Of a stretch of DNA of 64,000 bases, positions 48,016-58,380 are shown piece by piece. Where the stretch lies: the NCBI GenBank assembly GCA_963695225.1, contig OY968762.1, forward strand, positions 224,001 through 288,000. Direction: 5' to 3'. Source of the DNA: Vulcanimicrobiota bacterium. GTDB taxonomy: Bacteria; Vulcanimicrobiota; Vulcanimicrobiia; Vulcanimicrobiales; Vulcanimicrobiaceae. Below the pieces are notes generated by a model. It searched no databases. It had not been told where the DNA came from and worked only from the letters and a program-made list of their open reading frames with translations. Each line of letters begins with the position of its first letter. The first letter of the stretch is position 1. The position numbers were made by a program, and so were the translations under genes.

Positions 48016-49536
48016 TTATCTCGCCGGCCCCGCGGTACCTTTGACGACGCCGCCCCGGCCGCCGGTGAAGTAGCGATAGAGAAACCGGTCCGAAACGCCG
48101 GGCAACACCCGCTCGACCCTCCCCCGTTCCACCTCGACCGGCTCCGGGCTCAACAAGTAGACCGGGCGGCTGCGCGCCGTCGACGCCGGCCAGTCCGCGA
48201 CGTCCTCCGGATGCGAGCTGACGACGATGCGCCCGGGGAGCGTCCCGTCCACGTACGCCGCGTACCCGAGCGTCGTCGCGTCGGACCAAATCGCGACGAT
48301 CGCGCTCCCGGCCGGAACCGCGGCCGCCACGTCGCGGATGAACGGCCGCCGTTCGAGCGAGTGGCGTTCGGCCGTCATCCCCACGTTCAGCGCGAGGACG
48401 TTCGCGGCGGCGAACGCCGTGGCCGCGCCCGCGGCCCACCTCCACGGGACGTCGAACGGCAGCTCGCGCAGCGCGTTCGGCGCGGCGGCGATGCAGAGGC
48501 CCGCGAACCACAGCGAGAGCAGACGGTAGCGCTCCGGGTCCGATTCGATCGCGAACGCATACGAGAACGGGACCGCGCCCAAGCCCAGCACCGCGAGCGC
48601 CAGGGCGAGTTCCGCGTCGCGCCGCACGAGCGCGATGAGGCCCGCGCACGCCAGCGGGAGGCCGAGGATGCCGCACTGATGCACGACCAGCGCGATCCAG
48701 CGGGAGGCGTACGAGCCGAACTTCCACCACTCCAGCGGCGCGGCGAGCGCGATCTTCCCGGCGTCGAAATCGCTTCCGGTCACTTCCCGCACGAAACCAT
48801 CCATGGAGGCCGGGTGCAGGTAGTCGTAGAGGAACGAATCGACGCCGGGGAGCGCCGCGATCGGATCGATGCCGTGCGCGCTCACGTATGCCGAGCGGAG
48901 CGGCAGGTAGGCGTAGAGCGAGAGGGAGAGCGCGACGATCCCGGCGCACAGCGCCAGCTGGCGCAGACCTACCGGATGCCGCCTGGCGTCCAGGGCGAGG
49001 ATCAGGATGAAACCCGGCACGAGCCAGACACCGTTGGGGTGGACCGCGAGGCCGAGGCCGAGCCCCGCGGCCGCGACGTAGAGGAAGCGCGTGCCGCCCT
49101 CGAGGTACCGGCGGACGAGCGCGTAGATCGTCAGCGCGCCGAGCGGAAGCGCGAGCGAATGGACGTCGGCCCGCTGCCCGTTCCACCACACGTTGTGTCC
49201 GAACGCGAACGCGAACGTCCCGCAGAGCGCGGCCGGCCACGGCGCTTCGAGCAGGACGGCGGTCTCGTAGAGCAGCCAACACGCGGCGGCGACCGTGGTC
49301 GCCGAGAACAGATTCATGCGGAAGGCGACGCTCCCGAAGGGGAGCGCGTGGCTCCAGGCCCACCCGGCGAGCACGTAGAGCGGAAACCCCGTCGGATGCG
49401 CGATGCCGAGCAGGTACGGCACGCTCTGCATCTCCGCCGTATCCCATTTCGAAGGCTCGGCCGAAAGCGACGCCGCGTAGAACGCGAACGGCAGCAAGAA
49501 CGCGAGCGACTGCGCGGCGCGCGAGAGGAAGCGCAT
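48016..49536 (-). CDS. DUF2723 (TMEM260-like) GT-C membrane glycosyltransferase
   Basis: WDTAEM, LGIAHPTGFPLY, RMNLFSA, YAYLPLRS. Confidence 0.85.
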   Translation of the reverse strand: MRFLSRAAQSLAFLLPFAFYAASLSAEPSKWDTAEMQSVPYLLGIAHPTGFPLYVLAGWAWSHALPFGSVAFRMNLFSATTVAAACWLLYETAVLLEAPWPAALCGTFAFAFGHNVWWNGQRADVHSLALPLGALTIYALVRRYLEGGTRFLYVAAAGLGLGLAVHPNGVWLVPGFILILALDARRHPVGLRQLALCAGIVALSLSLYAYLPLRSAYVSAHGIDPIAALPGVDSFLYDYLHPASMDGFVREVTGSDFDAGKIALAAPLEWWKFGSYASRWIALVVHQCGILGLPLACAGLIALVRRDAELALALAVLGLGAVPFSYAFAIESDPERYRLLSLWFAGLCIAAAPNALRELPFDVPWRWAAGAATAFAAANVLALNVGMTAERHSLERRPFIRDVAAAVPAGSAIVAIWSDATTLGYAAYVDGTLPGRIVVSSHPEDVADWPASTARSRPVYLLSPEPVEVERGRVERVLPGVSDRFLYRYFTGGRGGVVKGTAGPAR

Positions 49537-49630
49537 CCTCGCCCGAGTTGGCCGCATGCCGCGAGGGGCCCTCGCCGCCGGCGCGCGAACCTCCGCGCAA
49601 CGAAGGAGAACGGCTTCGCACCAGATCCTC

Positions 49631-50434
49631 ACGGCGCGCCTCAGAAATGCGTTGCTGCGCGGTCCGCGCCGGCGCGGACCGCGCGGCGCGAGCGCGCCAT
49701 CCCGCCGCCGCTCCGACGGCTATGAATTCGCGGAACTGCGCGCCTACACGCCCGGCGACGACCCGCGCCGCATCGATTGGGCCGCCACCGCCCGCGCGGG
49801 CGAATTGCAGACGCGCGTCGTCTTCGAGGATCACGCGCTCGTCGTCGCCGCCGCGGTCGATGCCTCCGCCTCGATGTTCGTCGGCCGCAGCCGCGCGCTC
49901 TACGACGTCGCCTGCGAAGCCGCCGCGCTCTGGTACGGCGTCGTTCGCGACGGCGACCGCGCCGTCCGCATCGTCGCCGACGGCGTGGTCCGTCCGCGCG
50001 AATTGCGCGCCGATTCCGTCGCACGCCATTGCGCGAGCGTCCGCGAGGCGCGCGGCACGCCCTTCGCGGAGACGCTCGCGCTCGCGAGCGCGGTCGTTCC
50101 CCGCGGCGCCGCGCTGCTGATCGTCTCCGACTTCTTCGAACTCGAGGCCTACCGCGACCGCCTCGTCGCCTGCGCCGCGCGCGCCGACGCCTACGCGCTC
50201 GTCCTGCGCGATCCATGGGCGGACGATCTCCCGCTCGGCGGTTTCGTGCACTTGGGCGACGCGGAAACCGGCGAGACCGCGCGCGTCTTCATCGGAGCGC
50301 GGGAACGGGAGCGTTTCCGCGCGCGCGTCGCCGAGCGCGAAGCCGAAGTGCGAGCGATCCTCGAAGCCTGCGGCCTCACCGTCGGCATCCTCGCCGAAGC
50401 CGCCCCCGAAACCGCCCTCGAGGCCTTCCTGTGA
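49631..50434 (+). CDS. DUF58 protein of the MoxR module (start uncertain)
   Basis: GYEFAELRAYTPGDDPRRIDWAATAR, DASASM, VSDF. Confidence 0.92.
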   Translation, partial: TARLRNALLRGPRRRGPRGASAPSRRRSDGYEFAELRAYTPGDDPRRIDWAATARAGELQTRVVFEDHALVVAAAVDASASMFVGRSRALYDVACEAAALWYGVVRDGDRAVRIVADGVVRPRELRADSVARHCASVREARGTPFAETLALASAVVPRGAALLIVSDFFELEAYRDRLVACAARADAYALVLRDPWADDLPLGGFVHLGDAETGETARVFIGARERERFRARVAEREAEVRAILEACGLTVGILAEAAPETALEAFL

Positions 50435-51354
50435 GCTTCGCGCATCCGCTCTGGCTCCTCGCCGCGCTCCTCGCCGCGTTCGCGTTCGCTCGCCTCTATC
50501 GCGAGTTGGAACGGCGCACGGCCGCGCAATCGCTCGCATATTCGAATCTCGCTTTCGCGCTCGAGGCGCTGCGCGCGCCGCGTTGGCCCGGAATGGTCGT
50601 CCTGTGGGCCTGGCTCGCCGGGGTCGCCGCGCTCGGCGTCGCGCTCGCGGGCCCGCGCATGTGGGCGCTCGTCCCCGTCAAAGACGGCAGCGTCGTGCTC
50701 TGCATCGACACGTCGGGCTCGATGCGCGCCACCGACGTCGAGCCGACGCGCGCGCTCGCGGCGAAGCGCGCCGCGCGGACGTTCGTCGATGCCGCGCCGG
50801 ACGGCGCGCGCATCGGCGTCGTCACGTTTTCCTCGGGGGCGAGCGTGCTCCAGGCGCCGAGCGCCGAGCGCGCCGACGTGCGCGACGCGCTCGACCGGAT
50901 CCCCGAGCCCGACGGCGCCACGGCGGTCGGCGACGCGCTCGCGCTCGCGGGCGAGCAGCTCCCGCCGGGAGGGCGCCGCGTCGTGATCCTCATGACGGAC
51001 GGGGTCACGAACCGCGGCGCCGACCCCCTGGCGGTCGCCCGCGCGCTCGCAGCGAAGGGGATCACCGTGTACACGATCGGCATCGGGACGAGCGGAAGCG
51101 GCGAGTTGATCCCGGGCACGAACGAGCCCGCCGACCTCGATCGAGCCGGCCTGCAATCGATCGCCGAAACGACGGGCGGCACGTACGCCGAAGTCGGCGA
51201 CGCGCGCGCCCTCGAGGCCGCCTTCGCCGACCTCGCCCGAAAGACGGTCTGGGAGCCCCGGCGCGTCGAAGCCGCCCTCCCCTTCGCCCTCGCCGGCGGC
51301 GCCTTGATGCTCTCCGCCTTCCTCTTCGGCTTCGCAGCCGGAAAGCTCCCATAG
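50431..51354 (+). CDS. VWA-domain membrane protein (BatA-like)
   Basis: FAHPLWL N-terminus, DTSGSM MIDAS, TAVGDAL, MTDG. Confidence 0.93.
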   Translation: MSFAHPLWLLAALLAAFAFARLYRELERRTAAQSLAYSNLAFALEALRAPRWPGMVVLWAWLAGVAALGVALAGPRMWALVPVKDGSVVLCIDTSGSMRATDVEPTRALAAKRAARTFVDAAPDGARIGVVTFSSGASVLQAPSAERADVRDALDRIPEPDGATAVGDALALAGEQLPPGGRRVVILMTDGVTNRGADPLAVARALAAKGITVYTIGIGTSGSGELIPGTNEPADLDRAGLQSIAETTGGTYAEVGDARALEAAFADLARKTVWEPRRVEAALPFALAGGALMLSAFLFGFAAGKLP

Positions 51355-52010
51355 TGCCCGCCGAAGACCCGCAAGCGCTGCTGCGCGAGAGCCGGCCGAG
51401 CTACGAAATCGGAGCGCTGGAAGAGGCCTCCGTACCAGCGGATCCCTTCGTGTTGTTCCGCACGTGGCTCGAGGATGCGCTTGCGTCTTCCGAGACAGAA
51501 CCGAACGCGATGGCGGTCGCGAGCGTCGATCCGAGCGCGCGCCCCTCGCTGCGCATGGTCTTGCTGCGCGGCTACGACGAGCGCGGCTTCGTATTCTTCA
51601 CGAACTACGAGAGCCGCAAGGGGCTCGAACTGGAGCTGAACGCGAACGCGGCGCTCCTGTGGTACTGGGGTTCGCTCCAACGCCAAATCCGCGTCGAGGG
51701 CGTCGCCGAGCAGATCGCCGCGGCGGATTCCGACGACTATTTCGCGCAGCGCCCGCGGGGCCATCGCATCGGCGCCTGGGCGTCCCCGCAGAGCCACGCC
51801 GTCGCGAGCCGCGCGGCCCTCGAAGCCCGCGTCGCCGAAGCCGAACGGCGTTTCGAGGGCCGCGAGGTCGACCGCCCGCCGCACTGGGGCGGTTACCGGG
51901 TCGCGCCCCTGTCGTTCGAATTCTGGCAAGGCCGCCCCAACCGCGTCCACGACCGCATCCGTTACCTGCGCGAAGGCTCCGCCTGGAAGATCAACCGCCT
52001 CGCCCCCTGA
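51354..52010 (+). CDS. pdxH: Pyridoxamine 5'-phosphate oxidase
   Basis: RMVLLRG, FFTNYESRKG, EFWQGRPNRVHDR. Confidence 0.97.
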   Translation: MPAEDPQALLRESRPSYEIGALEEASVPADPFVLFRTWLEDALASSETEPNAMAVASVDPSARPSLRMVLLRGYDERGFVFFTNYESRKGLELELNANAALLWYWGSLQRQIRVEGVAEQIAAADSDDYFAQRPRGHRIGAWASPQSHAVASRAALEARVAEAERRFEGREVDRPPHWGGYRVAPLSFEFWQGRPNRVHDRIRYLREGSAWKINRLAP

Positions 52011-52102
52011 CCGAACGTCACGGGGCGTTCAGCGTTGCCGATTCCCCGGTACCGTTTCCGAGCCAAGGGCAAGAACGAGGCGCCCCGAAAAAGGCCATCA
52101 CT

Positions 52103-52633
52103 ATGTCCGCGCTAACGGCGTCACGGCCTCGTCGCTTCAGTGTCGAGGAGTACATGGCCTCGAACCTCCCGGGGCACACGGAACTCATCGATGGAGTGAT
52201 TTACGAAGTGTCGCCCCGGAATCCCGCGCATGCCCATGCGGTCCGGATGTTGGCAGAGTTCCTATTCGACGGTCTCGACCGCAAGATCTCTATGATTCAG
52301 GTCCAAGACCCCATTGCCGTCGCCGGCTGGAAAGGCCAACACGCGCCTGAAGTCGACGTTGCGGTTTTGCGCAGAAAGCAATATGCGACAACGCCCGACG
52401 CTTCGAACACGCTCGCCGTCATCGAAGTCGCAGACACGACGTACAAAGACGACCGCGACGTCAAGATTCCACTCTACGAAGCGGCCGGAATTCCGGCATG
52501 GATCGTCAACGTTCCGCAACGGACCGTCGAGTTCTACGGAACGGAACGTCGCGACTATCACGAGGGCGAAATCTTCGAAGTCCTCGGCGTTGCCATCCCG
52601 GTCCCAGCTCTGTTCCTAGCGATCGAGGCGTAA
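52103..52633 (+). CDS. Uma2-family PD-(D/E)XK endonuclease-like protein
   Basis: ELIDGVI, PEVDVAVL, VIEVADTT, KIPLYEAAGIP. Confidence 0.88.
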   Translation: MSALTASRPRRFSVEEYMASNLPGHTELIDGVIYEVSPRNPAHAHAVRMLAEFLFDGLDRKISMIQVQDPIAVAGWKGQHAPEVDVAVLRRKQYATTPDASNTLAVIEVADTTYKDDRDVKIPLYEAAGIPAWIVNVPQRTVEFYGTERRDYHEGEIFEVLGVAIPVPALFLAIEA

Positions 52634-52781
52634 GCCGCCCCGCCCAACGCTACGTCGAAAGCCGAGCCGGCCGCCGAGTCGCCCGAACCCGCCCCCGAGC
52701 CGCCCGCCCGTCGCAGGGTGCGACGCGGCGAGCGGTTCGCCAGCCGAGGACTCGCCTGCCCGGCGGCTAACCTAGCGCGAG

Positions 52782-55700
52782 ATGTCCCGGCGAAGCGTCC
52801 TCGTGATCGGTTCGGGTCCGATCGTTATCGGGCAGGCTGCGGAATTCGACTATGCGGGCGTCCAGGCGTGCCGGGCGCTGCGAGAAGAAGGCCACCGCGT
52901 CATCCTCGTCAACTCGAACCCCGCGACGATCATGACGGACCCTGAGGTCGCCGATGCCGTCTATCTCGAGCCGCTCACCGTCGCCTCCCTGACGGCGATC
53001 GTCGAACGCGAACGCCCCGACGCGATCCTCCCGACGCTCGGCGGCCAAACCGGCCTCAACCTCGCCGTCGAACTCGACGAAGCGGGCACGATCGAACGCT
53101 TCGGCATCGAACTCCTCGGCACGCCGATCGAAACGATCAAACTTGCCGAAGACCGCGCGAAATTCAAAGAGGCGATGCTCGCGATCGGCGAGCCCGTCCC
53201 CGCGAGCGTCATCGTCACCGACGTCGAAGCCGGCGTCGATTTTGCGGCGATCCACAATTATCCGCTCGTCGTGCGCCCCGCCTACACGCTCGGCGGCACC
53301 GGCGGCGGCATCGTGCGCAGCGAAGCGGAACTGCGCGAGACGCTCCGCACGGGCCTCGACGCATCGCTCATCCACCAAGCCCTCGTCGAAACATCCCTCC
53401 TCGGCTGGAAGGAAATCGAATACGAAGTCCTGCGCGACCGCGCGGACAACTGCATCGTCGTTTGCAACATGGAGAACATCGATCCCGTCGGCGTCCACAC
53501 CGGCGATTCGATCGTGGTCGCGCCCTCGCAAACGCTCTCCGACGTGGAGTACCAGATGCTCCGCAGCGCGAGCATCAACGTCATTCGCGCGTTGAAAGTG
53601 CAAGGCGGCTGCAACATCCAATTCGCGCTGCACCCCGAGCGCAGCGAATATCAAATCATCGAAGTGAACCCGCGCGTCAGCCGCAGCTCCGCGCTCGCCT
53701 CGAAAGCCACCGGCTACCCGATCGCCAAGATCTCGACGAAGATCGCGCTCGGCCAAACGCTCGACGAAATCGAAAATCCCGTCACCGGCGTCACGAAAGC
53801 GGCCTACGAGCCGACGCTCGACTACTGCATCGTCAAGATCCCGCGCTGGCCGTTCGACAAGTTCCCCCGCGCCGACACGCGCCTCGGCACGCAGATGAAG
53901 TCGACCGGTGAAGCGATGGGCATCGGCCGCACGTTCGCAGCCGCATTCATGAAGGCCGTACGCGGCCTCGACCTCGGTCGCGAGACGCTGACCGGCGGAG
54001 CTTTCGAGAACCGGAGCGACGACGATCTCGAACCGCTCGTCGCCGAGGCGACGCACGAACGCCTCTTCGCGATCGCCGAACTCTTGCGCCGCGGGCGCTC
54101 CGTCGAGGAAATCTCGTACGCCTCGCAGATCGACCCATTCTGGCTCTACGAATTCGCGGAACTCGTAGAACTCGAGGAACGCTTGCGCGCGAACCCGACG
54201 CTCGCCGACGCACGCCTCGCGCGCGAAGCCGGCTACGGTCGCCTCGGCATCGAGCGCCTCGCCGGCGCCGAAGCCGCCGACGCGCTGATGCAAGCGGCAA
54301 GCGACGCCTCACCCACGGGCGAGACGAGTTTCCGCATGGTCGATACCGCCGCCGCCGAATTCCCCGCGCGCTCGCCGTATTACTATCTTTCGCGCTTCGA
54401 GCAAGACGAGATGCGCCGCCCCGAAAAAGAAGCGATCGTCGTCGTCGGTAGCGGCCCCATCCGCATCGGCCAAGGCATCGAGTTCGACTACTCCTGCGTG
54501 CATGCAGCCTGGGCGTTGCGAGAAGCCGGCCGCGCCGCCGTCGTCATCAACAACAATCCCGAAACGGTCTCGACAGATTTCGACATCTCCGACGTCCTCG
54601 TCTTCGAGCCGCCGGGCCCCGACGAAGTCCAAGCCGCCTACGAAGCGACCGGCGCGACGGGCGTGATGCTCGCATTCGGCGGCCAAACGGCGATCAACCT
54701 CGCTGAAGAACTCGCGCGCCGCGGCGTGCGCATCGTCGGCAGCGACCGCACGAGCCTCGACATGGCGGAAGATCGCGACAAGTTCGACGACGCGCTCCAA
54801 CGCCTCGGCGTCGCGCGCCCGAAGGGCCGCGCCGCGACCTCGTTCCGCCAAGCCCGCACGATCGCGCGCGAACTCGGCTTCCCCGTCCTCGTACGCCCCT
54901 CGTACGTGCTCGGCGGCCGCGGCATGGAGATCGTCTACAACGAAGGCCAACTCGCGTCGTACGTCGAGACCGCGCCGCCGATCACGCCGGGCGCCCCGCT
55001 CCTCGTCGACAAGTACCTCCCGGGCCTAGAAGTCGAAGTCGACGCCGTCTACGACGGCGACGATATCCTCATCCCCGGCATCTTCGAACACATCGAGCGA
55101 GCCGGCATCCATTCCGGCGATTCGATCAGCGTCTATCCGCCGCAGACGATCGCCCCCGCGATGGAAGAGCGCATCGTCGAAGTGACGACCGCGATCGCGC
55201 GCGAACTGCGCACGCGCGGCCTCATCAACATCCAGTTCGTCATCCACGAAGGCGAACTGCTGATCATCGAAGCGAACCCGCGCGCGAGCCGCACGGTCCC
55301 GATCATCTCGAAGGCGACCGGCGTCAACCTCGTCGCCGCCGCGACGCGCGTCGCGCTCGGCGAAAAGCTGCGCGATATGGAATACGGCACCGGTCTGATC
55401 CCGCGCGCGCCGTTCACCGTCGTGAAGATCCCCGTCTTCTCGTTCGCGAAGATGCGCGGCGTCGAGACGATGCTCGGCCCCGAAATGAAATCCACGGGCG
55501 AAGTCCTCGGCATCGACGCCACGTTCGCAGGCGCGTTGCGCAAGGGTTTCATCGCCGCCGGGCTGCGCCTCCCCAGCGGCGCGAACGGCGAGCGCCGCGC
55601 GCGCATCATCGCAACGATCTCGGATCAGGAAAAGCCGTTCGGCGTCGAGATCTTGCGGCGCTACGCCGCGCTCGGTCACGAGATCCTCGCGACCGCGGGC

Positions 55701-56027
55701 ACCTATCGCGCGCTCGCCGCCGCGGGAATCCCGGCCGTCGAGATCAACCGCATCGCCGACGGCTCGCCGCACGTCCTCGACGCGATCCTCCGCCGCGAAG
55801 CCGACCTCGTGATCAACGACGCAGCCGGCCCCCGCGAAATCAGCGACGGCTACCGAATCCGCCGCGCCGCGGTCGAAGCCAGCATCGCCTGCCTAACGAG
55901 CTTGGACACCGCCCGCGCCCTGGTCCAAGCCCTTGAATCCTCCGCCGGCCCGCCCCGCTCTCTGCAAGAATACCAAGCCTCAGCCCACCCGATCCCCTAC
56001 GGTCACCCGGAGCTCGTCGAAGGGTGA
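52782..56027 (+). CDS. carB: Carbamoyl-phosphate synthase large subunit
   Basis: GSGPIVIGQAAEFDY, EVNPRVSRSS, second ATP-grasp half, MGS-like tail. Confidence 0.99.
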   Translation: MSRRSVLVIGSGPIVIGQAAEFDYAGVQACRALREEGHRVILVNSNPATIMTDPEVADAVYLEPLTVASLTAIVERERPDAILPTLGGQTGLNLAVELDEAGTIERFGIELLGTPIETIKLAEDRAKFKEAMLAIGEPVPASVIVTDVEAGVDFAAIHNYPLVVRPAYTLGGTGGGIVRSEAELRETLRTGLDASLIHQALVETSLLGWKEIEYEVLRDRADNCIVVCNMENIDPVGVHTGDSIVVAPSQTLSDVEYQMLRSASINVIRALKVQGGCNIQFALHPERSEYQIIEVNPRVSRSSALASKATGYPIAKISTKIALGQTLDEIENPVTGVTKAAYEPTLDYCIVKIPRWPFDKFPRADTRLGTQMKSTGEAMGIGRTFAAAFMKAVRGLDLGRETLTGGAFENRSDDDLEPLVAEATHERLFAIAELLRRGRSVEEISYASQIDPFWLYEFAELVELEERLRANPTLADARLAREAGYGRLGIERLAGAEAADALMQAASDASPTGETSFRMVDTAAAEFPARSPYYYLSRFEQDEMRRPEKEAIVVVGSGPIRIGQGIEFDYSCVHAAWALREAGRAAVVINNNPETVSTDFDISDVLVFEPPGPDEVQAAYEATGATGVMLAFGGQTAINLAEELARRGVRIVGSDRTSLDMAEDRDKFDDALQRLGVARPKGRAATSFRQARTIARELGFPVLVRPSYVLGGRGMEIVYNEGQLASYVETAPPITPGAPLLVDKYLPGLEVEVDAVYDGDDILIPGIFEHIERAGIHSGDSISVYPPQTIAPAMEERIVEVTTAIARELRTRGLINIQFVIHEGELLIIEANPRASRTVPIISKATGVNLVAAATRVALGEKLRDMEYGTGLIPRAPFTVVKIPVFSFAKMRGVETMLGPEMKSTGEVLGIDATFAGALRKGFIAAGLRLPSGANGERRARIIATISDQEKPFGVEILRRYAALGHEILATAGTYRALAAAGIPAVEINRIADGSPHVLDAILRREADLVINDAAGPREISDGYRIRRAAVEASIACLTSLDTARALVQALESSAGPPRSLQEYQASAHPIPYGHPELVEG

Positions 56028-56057
56028 GCCCGAGCCGTCGCTCGACGGCTCACGGGC
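56001..56057. repeat. REP-like palindromic element in the carB 3' end plus an adjacent hairpin
   Basis: GTCACCCGGAGCTCGTCGAAGGGTGA with TCACCC/GGGTGA arms; then a GAGCCGTCG/CGACGGCTC hairpin. Confidence 0.55.
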
Positions 56058-58251
56058 AAGCCGCGCCGCCTTCGCACATCAGCTTCTGCGTGAAATACGT
56101 GAACTCGAGCGCGTTCGTGAAGGAGCGCTCTTTGATGTTGGCCCCCGAGCCGTGGCCGCCTTCGGTCACCTCGTAGAAGAGATATGGGATCCCGAGCGAC
56201 GCGAGCTTAGCGGCAAACTTGCGCGCGTGCTGCGGCCCCACGCGATCGTCCTTCGTCGTCGTCCAGATGAACGGCTCGGGATACTGCACGCCCGCCTTGA
56301 CGTTGTGATACGGCGAGATCGAAGCGAGGAACGCGCGCTCCGCAGGGTTCGAAACGCTCCCGTACTCCCCGACCCACGACGCGCCCGCTTGGATCTGTTC
56401 GAAGCGCAGCATATCGAGCAGCGGCACCTGAATGTCGACCGCGTTCCAGAGTTCCGGCCGCTGCACGAACTCGACGCCGACCAGTAACCCTCCGTTCGAC
56501 CCGCCCTGAATCCCGAGATGTCGCGGGCTCGTGATCTTTCGCGCGATCAAGTCTTCGCCGACGGCGGCGAAATCGTCGTAGATTCGCTGCCGGTGCGTCT
56601 TGAGGCCGGCCTCGTGCCAGGCGGGCCCGAACTCGCCCCCGCCGCGAATGTTCGCGAGCGCGTAGACGCCCCCGCGCGCGAGCCACAGCTTCCCCACCAC
56701 GCCGCTGTAGTACGGCGTCATGGAGGCAGCAAAACCGCCGTATCCGTCGAGGATCGTCGCGTTGTTCCCGTCGTAGGTCAACGTCTTCGGGCGCACCACG
56801 AAATAGGGGATGCGCGTGCCGTCTCGCGAGGTCGCCTCATGCTGCTCGACGACGTCCCGCGTCGCATCGAACTTCGGCGCGATCGCCTTCGCGATCGAGG
56901 CCTTTCCGGAAGCGGTATCGACTCGCCAGAGCGTCGTCGGCACGAGGAAACTCGTCGCCGTCACGAACGCGTCCGTGCCGCTCTCGTCCGCCGCTTCGAA
57001 CTCGACCGTCGAGTTGTCCGGCACGTCGAGACGGCGTATCGACCAGCCCGTCCTGCCCGCGGGCGTGTAGACGAACGCGCGCCCGCGCACGTTCTCGTAC
57101 GTCGTCACGACGAGGTGGTCGCGCGTCGTGCCGAGGCTCCCGAACGTCTCGCGCGGCCCCGGCGCATAGACGAGGCTCGCCTTGAGATGCTGCGGATCGG
57201 CCGCGGCCGCGGCGAGGTCGACGGCGACGAGCGCCCCTTCCGGGAACCTGACGCCGTCCGCATTCCAAGGCGCCTCGAGGTGAATCACGAGACGTCCGCC
57301 GACGAGCGCCGAAAGATTCGATTTCAACGGCAGCGCGAGCTTGCGCGGGCCAGACGCCGTGACGAGCAGCTTCTCCGTTTCGAAGAACGAGACGAGGCGA
57401 ACGATGTAATTCGCGCGGTGCCCGTGCCCGTCGCGCAGGCTGCCCGCCTCGACGCCGACGTCGCCCTTCGTTCCACGGAACACTTCGCTCGCACGCGCGA
57501 GCGGCTGTCCGCGCTCGAGGTGCTTGACCACGTACGGATAACCGGATGCGGTAAGCTCCCTCGGGGCCCATTCGCGCGCTACCAGCAGCGCGTCGTCGCC
57601 GCTCCAGGCGGCGGACTGCTTGCCGCGCGGCAGCGAGAATCCGCCCGGGACGAAGCGTTTGCGCAGCAGATCGAACTCGCGCACGGTCGAGGCGTCTTCC
57701 CCGCCCTCGGAGAGCGAGATCAGACAGCGGCTCCCGCTCGGCGAAGCGCAATCGGCATCTTGCCAGATCCAATTCTTCCCTTCCGAGCGGGCCAGCGCAT
57801 CGAGATCGATCAGCGTCACCCACGAGGGTTTGGCTTTGCCGTAATCGGCAAGCGTCGTCGTGCGCCAAATGCCGCGCACGTGTGTTGAATCCCGCCAGAA
57901 ATTGTAGACGCGCCCGTTCACGATCTGCGGATACGGAATGCGATCCTCGGCCTCGCCGATCTTGAGCGCATCCGCATAAAACCCGGCGAAATGCGGGTCC
58001 TTTTGAAGAACCGCGAGGGTCTTGGCGTTCTCGCCTTTCACCCATTCGAGCGCCCGCGCCCCGTTGAGCTCTTCGAGCCAAAGAAACGGATCCGCGTCAG
58101 CCGCGCTCGTGCCGCTTCCGCCCGGCACCACCGGCGGAGTAGAGACGCTCGCCGCCCCGGGCGGAGTCTCGCTCGCCGGTTGGGCGCCGGCGAGCGTGCC
58201 GGCACCGATCGATGCAAGAAGAAGAACTAGGGCAAGTGCGCGCAGCAGCAA
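56050..58251 (-). CDS. Exported prolyl oligopeptidase (S9A)
   Basis: DPFLWLE, NIRGGGEFG, GGSNGGLL, DDRV, GGHG; TTG start after GGAGG. Confidence 0.95.
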   Translation of the reverse strand: MLLRALALVLLLASIGAGTLAGAQPASETPPGAASVSTPPVVPGGSGTSAADADPFLWLEELNGARALEWVKGENAKTLAVLQKDPHFAGFYADALKIGEAEDRIPYPQIVNGRVYNFWRDSTHVRGIWRTTTLADYGKAKPSWVTLIDLDALARSEGKNWIWQDADCASPSGSRCLISLSEGGEDASTVREFDLLRKRFVPGGFSLPRGKQSAAWSGDDALLVAREWAPRELTASGYPYVVKHLERGQPLARASEVFRGTKGDVGVEAGSLRDGHGHRANYIVRLVSFFETEKLLVTASGPRKLALPLKSNLSALVGGRLVIHLEAPWNADGVRFPEGALVAVDLAAAAADPQHLKASLVYAPGPRETFGSLGTTRDHLVVTTYENVRGRAFVYTPAGRTGWSIRRLDVPDNSTVEFEAADESGTDAFVTATSFLVPTTLWRVDTASGKASIAKAIAPKFDATRDVVEQHEATSRDGTRIPYFVVRPKTLTYDGNNATILDGYGGFAASMTPYYSGVVGKLWLARGGVYALANIRGGGEFGPAWHEAGLKTHRQRIYDDFAAVGEDLIARKITSPRHLGIQGGSNGGLLVGVEFVQRPELWNAVDIQVPLLDMLRFEQIQAGASWVGEYGSVSNPAERAFLASISPYHNVKAGVQYPEPFIWTTTKDDRVGPQHARKFAAKLASLGIPYLFYEVTEGGHGSGANIKERSFTNALEFTYFTQKLMCEGGAACP

Positions 58252-58380
58252 GGGACCTCCGATCCTAAGCGCGAGCCATTTCGCCGCCGAAGCCGCAGGC
58301 CCGCCGCCGAGCCCCCGGATCCCGCCGGACCGCGGGGCTCGATCAAAGCTGCACTTGACCCGGCGCAATGGCGTCAACGG

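Noticed and set aside
47350..50539. Very long alternative-frame or antisense ORFs (for example 47350-49725, 47774-50539, 30512-32674, 26245-28143)
   Set aside because: Arg/Ala/Gly-rich shadow frames expected at this GC content; they overlap well-supported genes and show no motifs.
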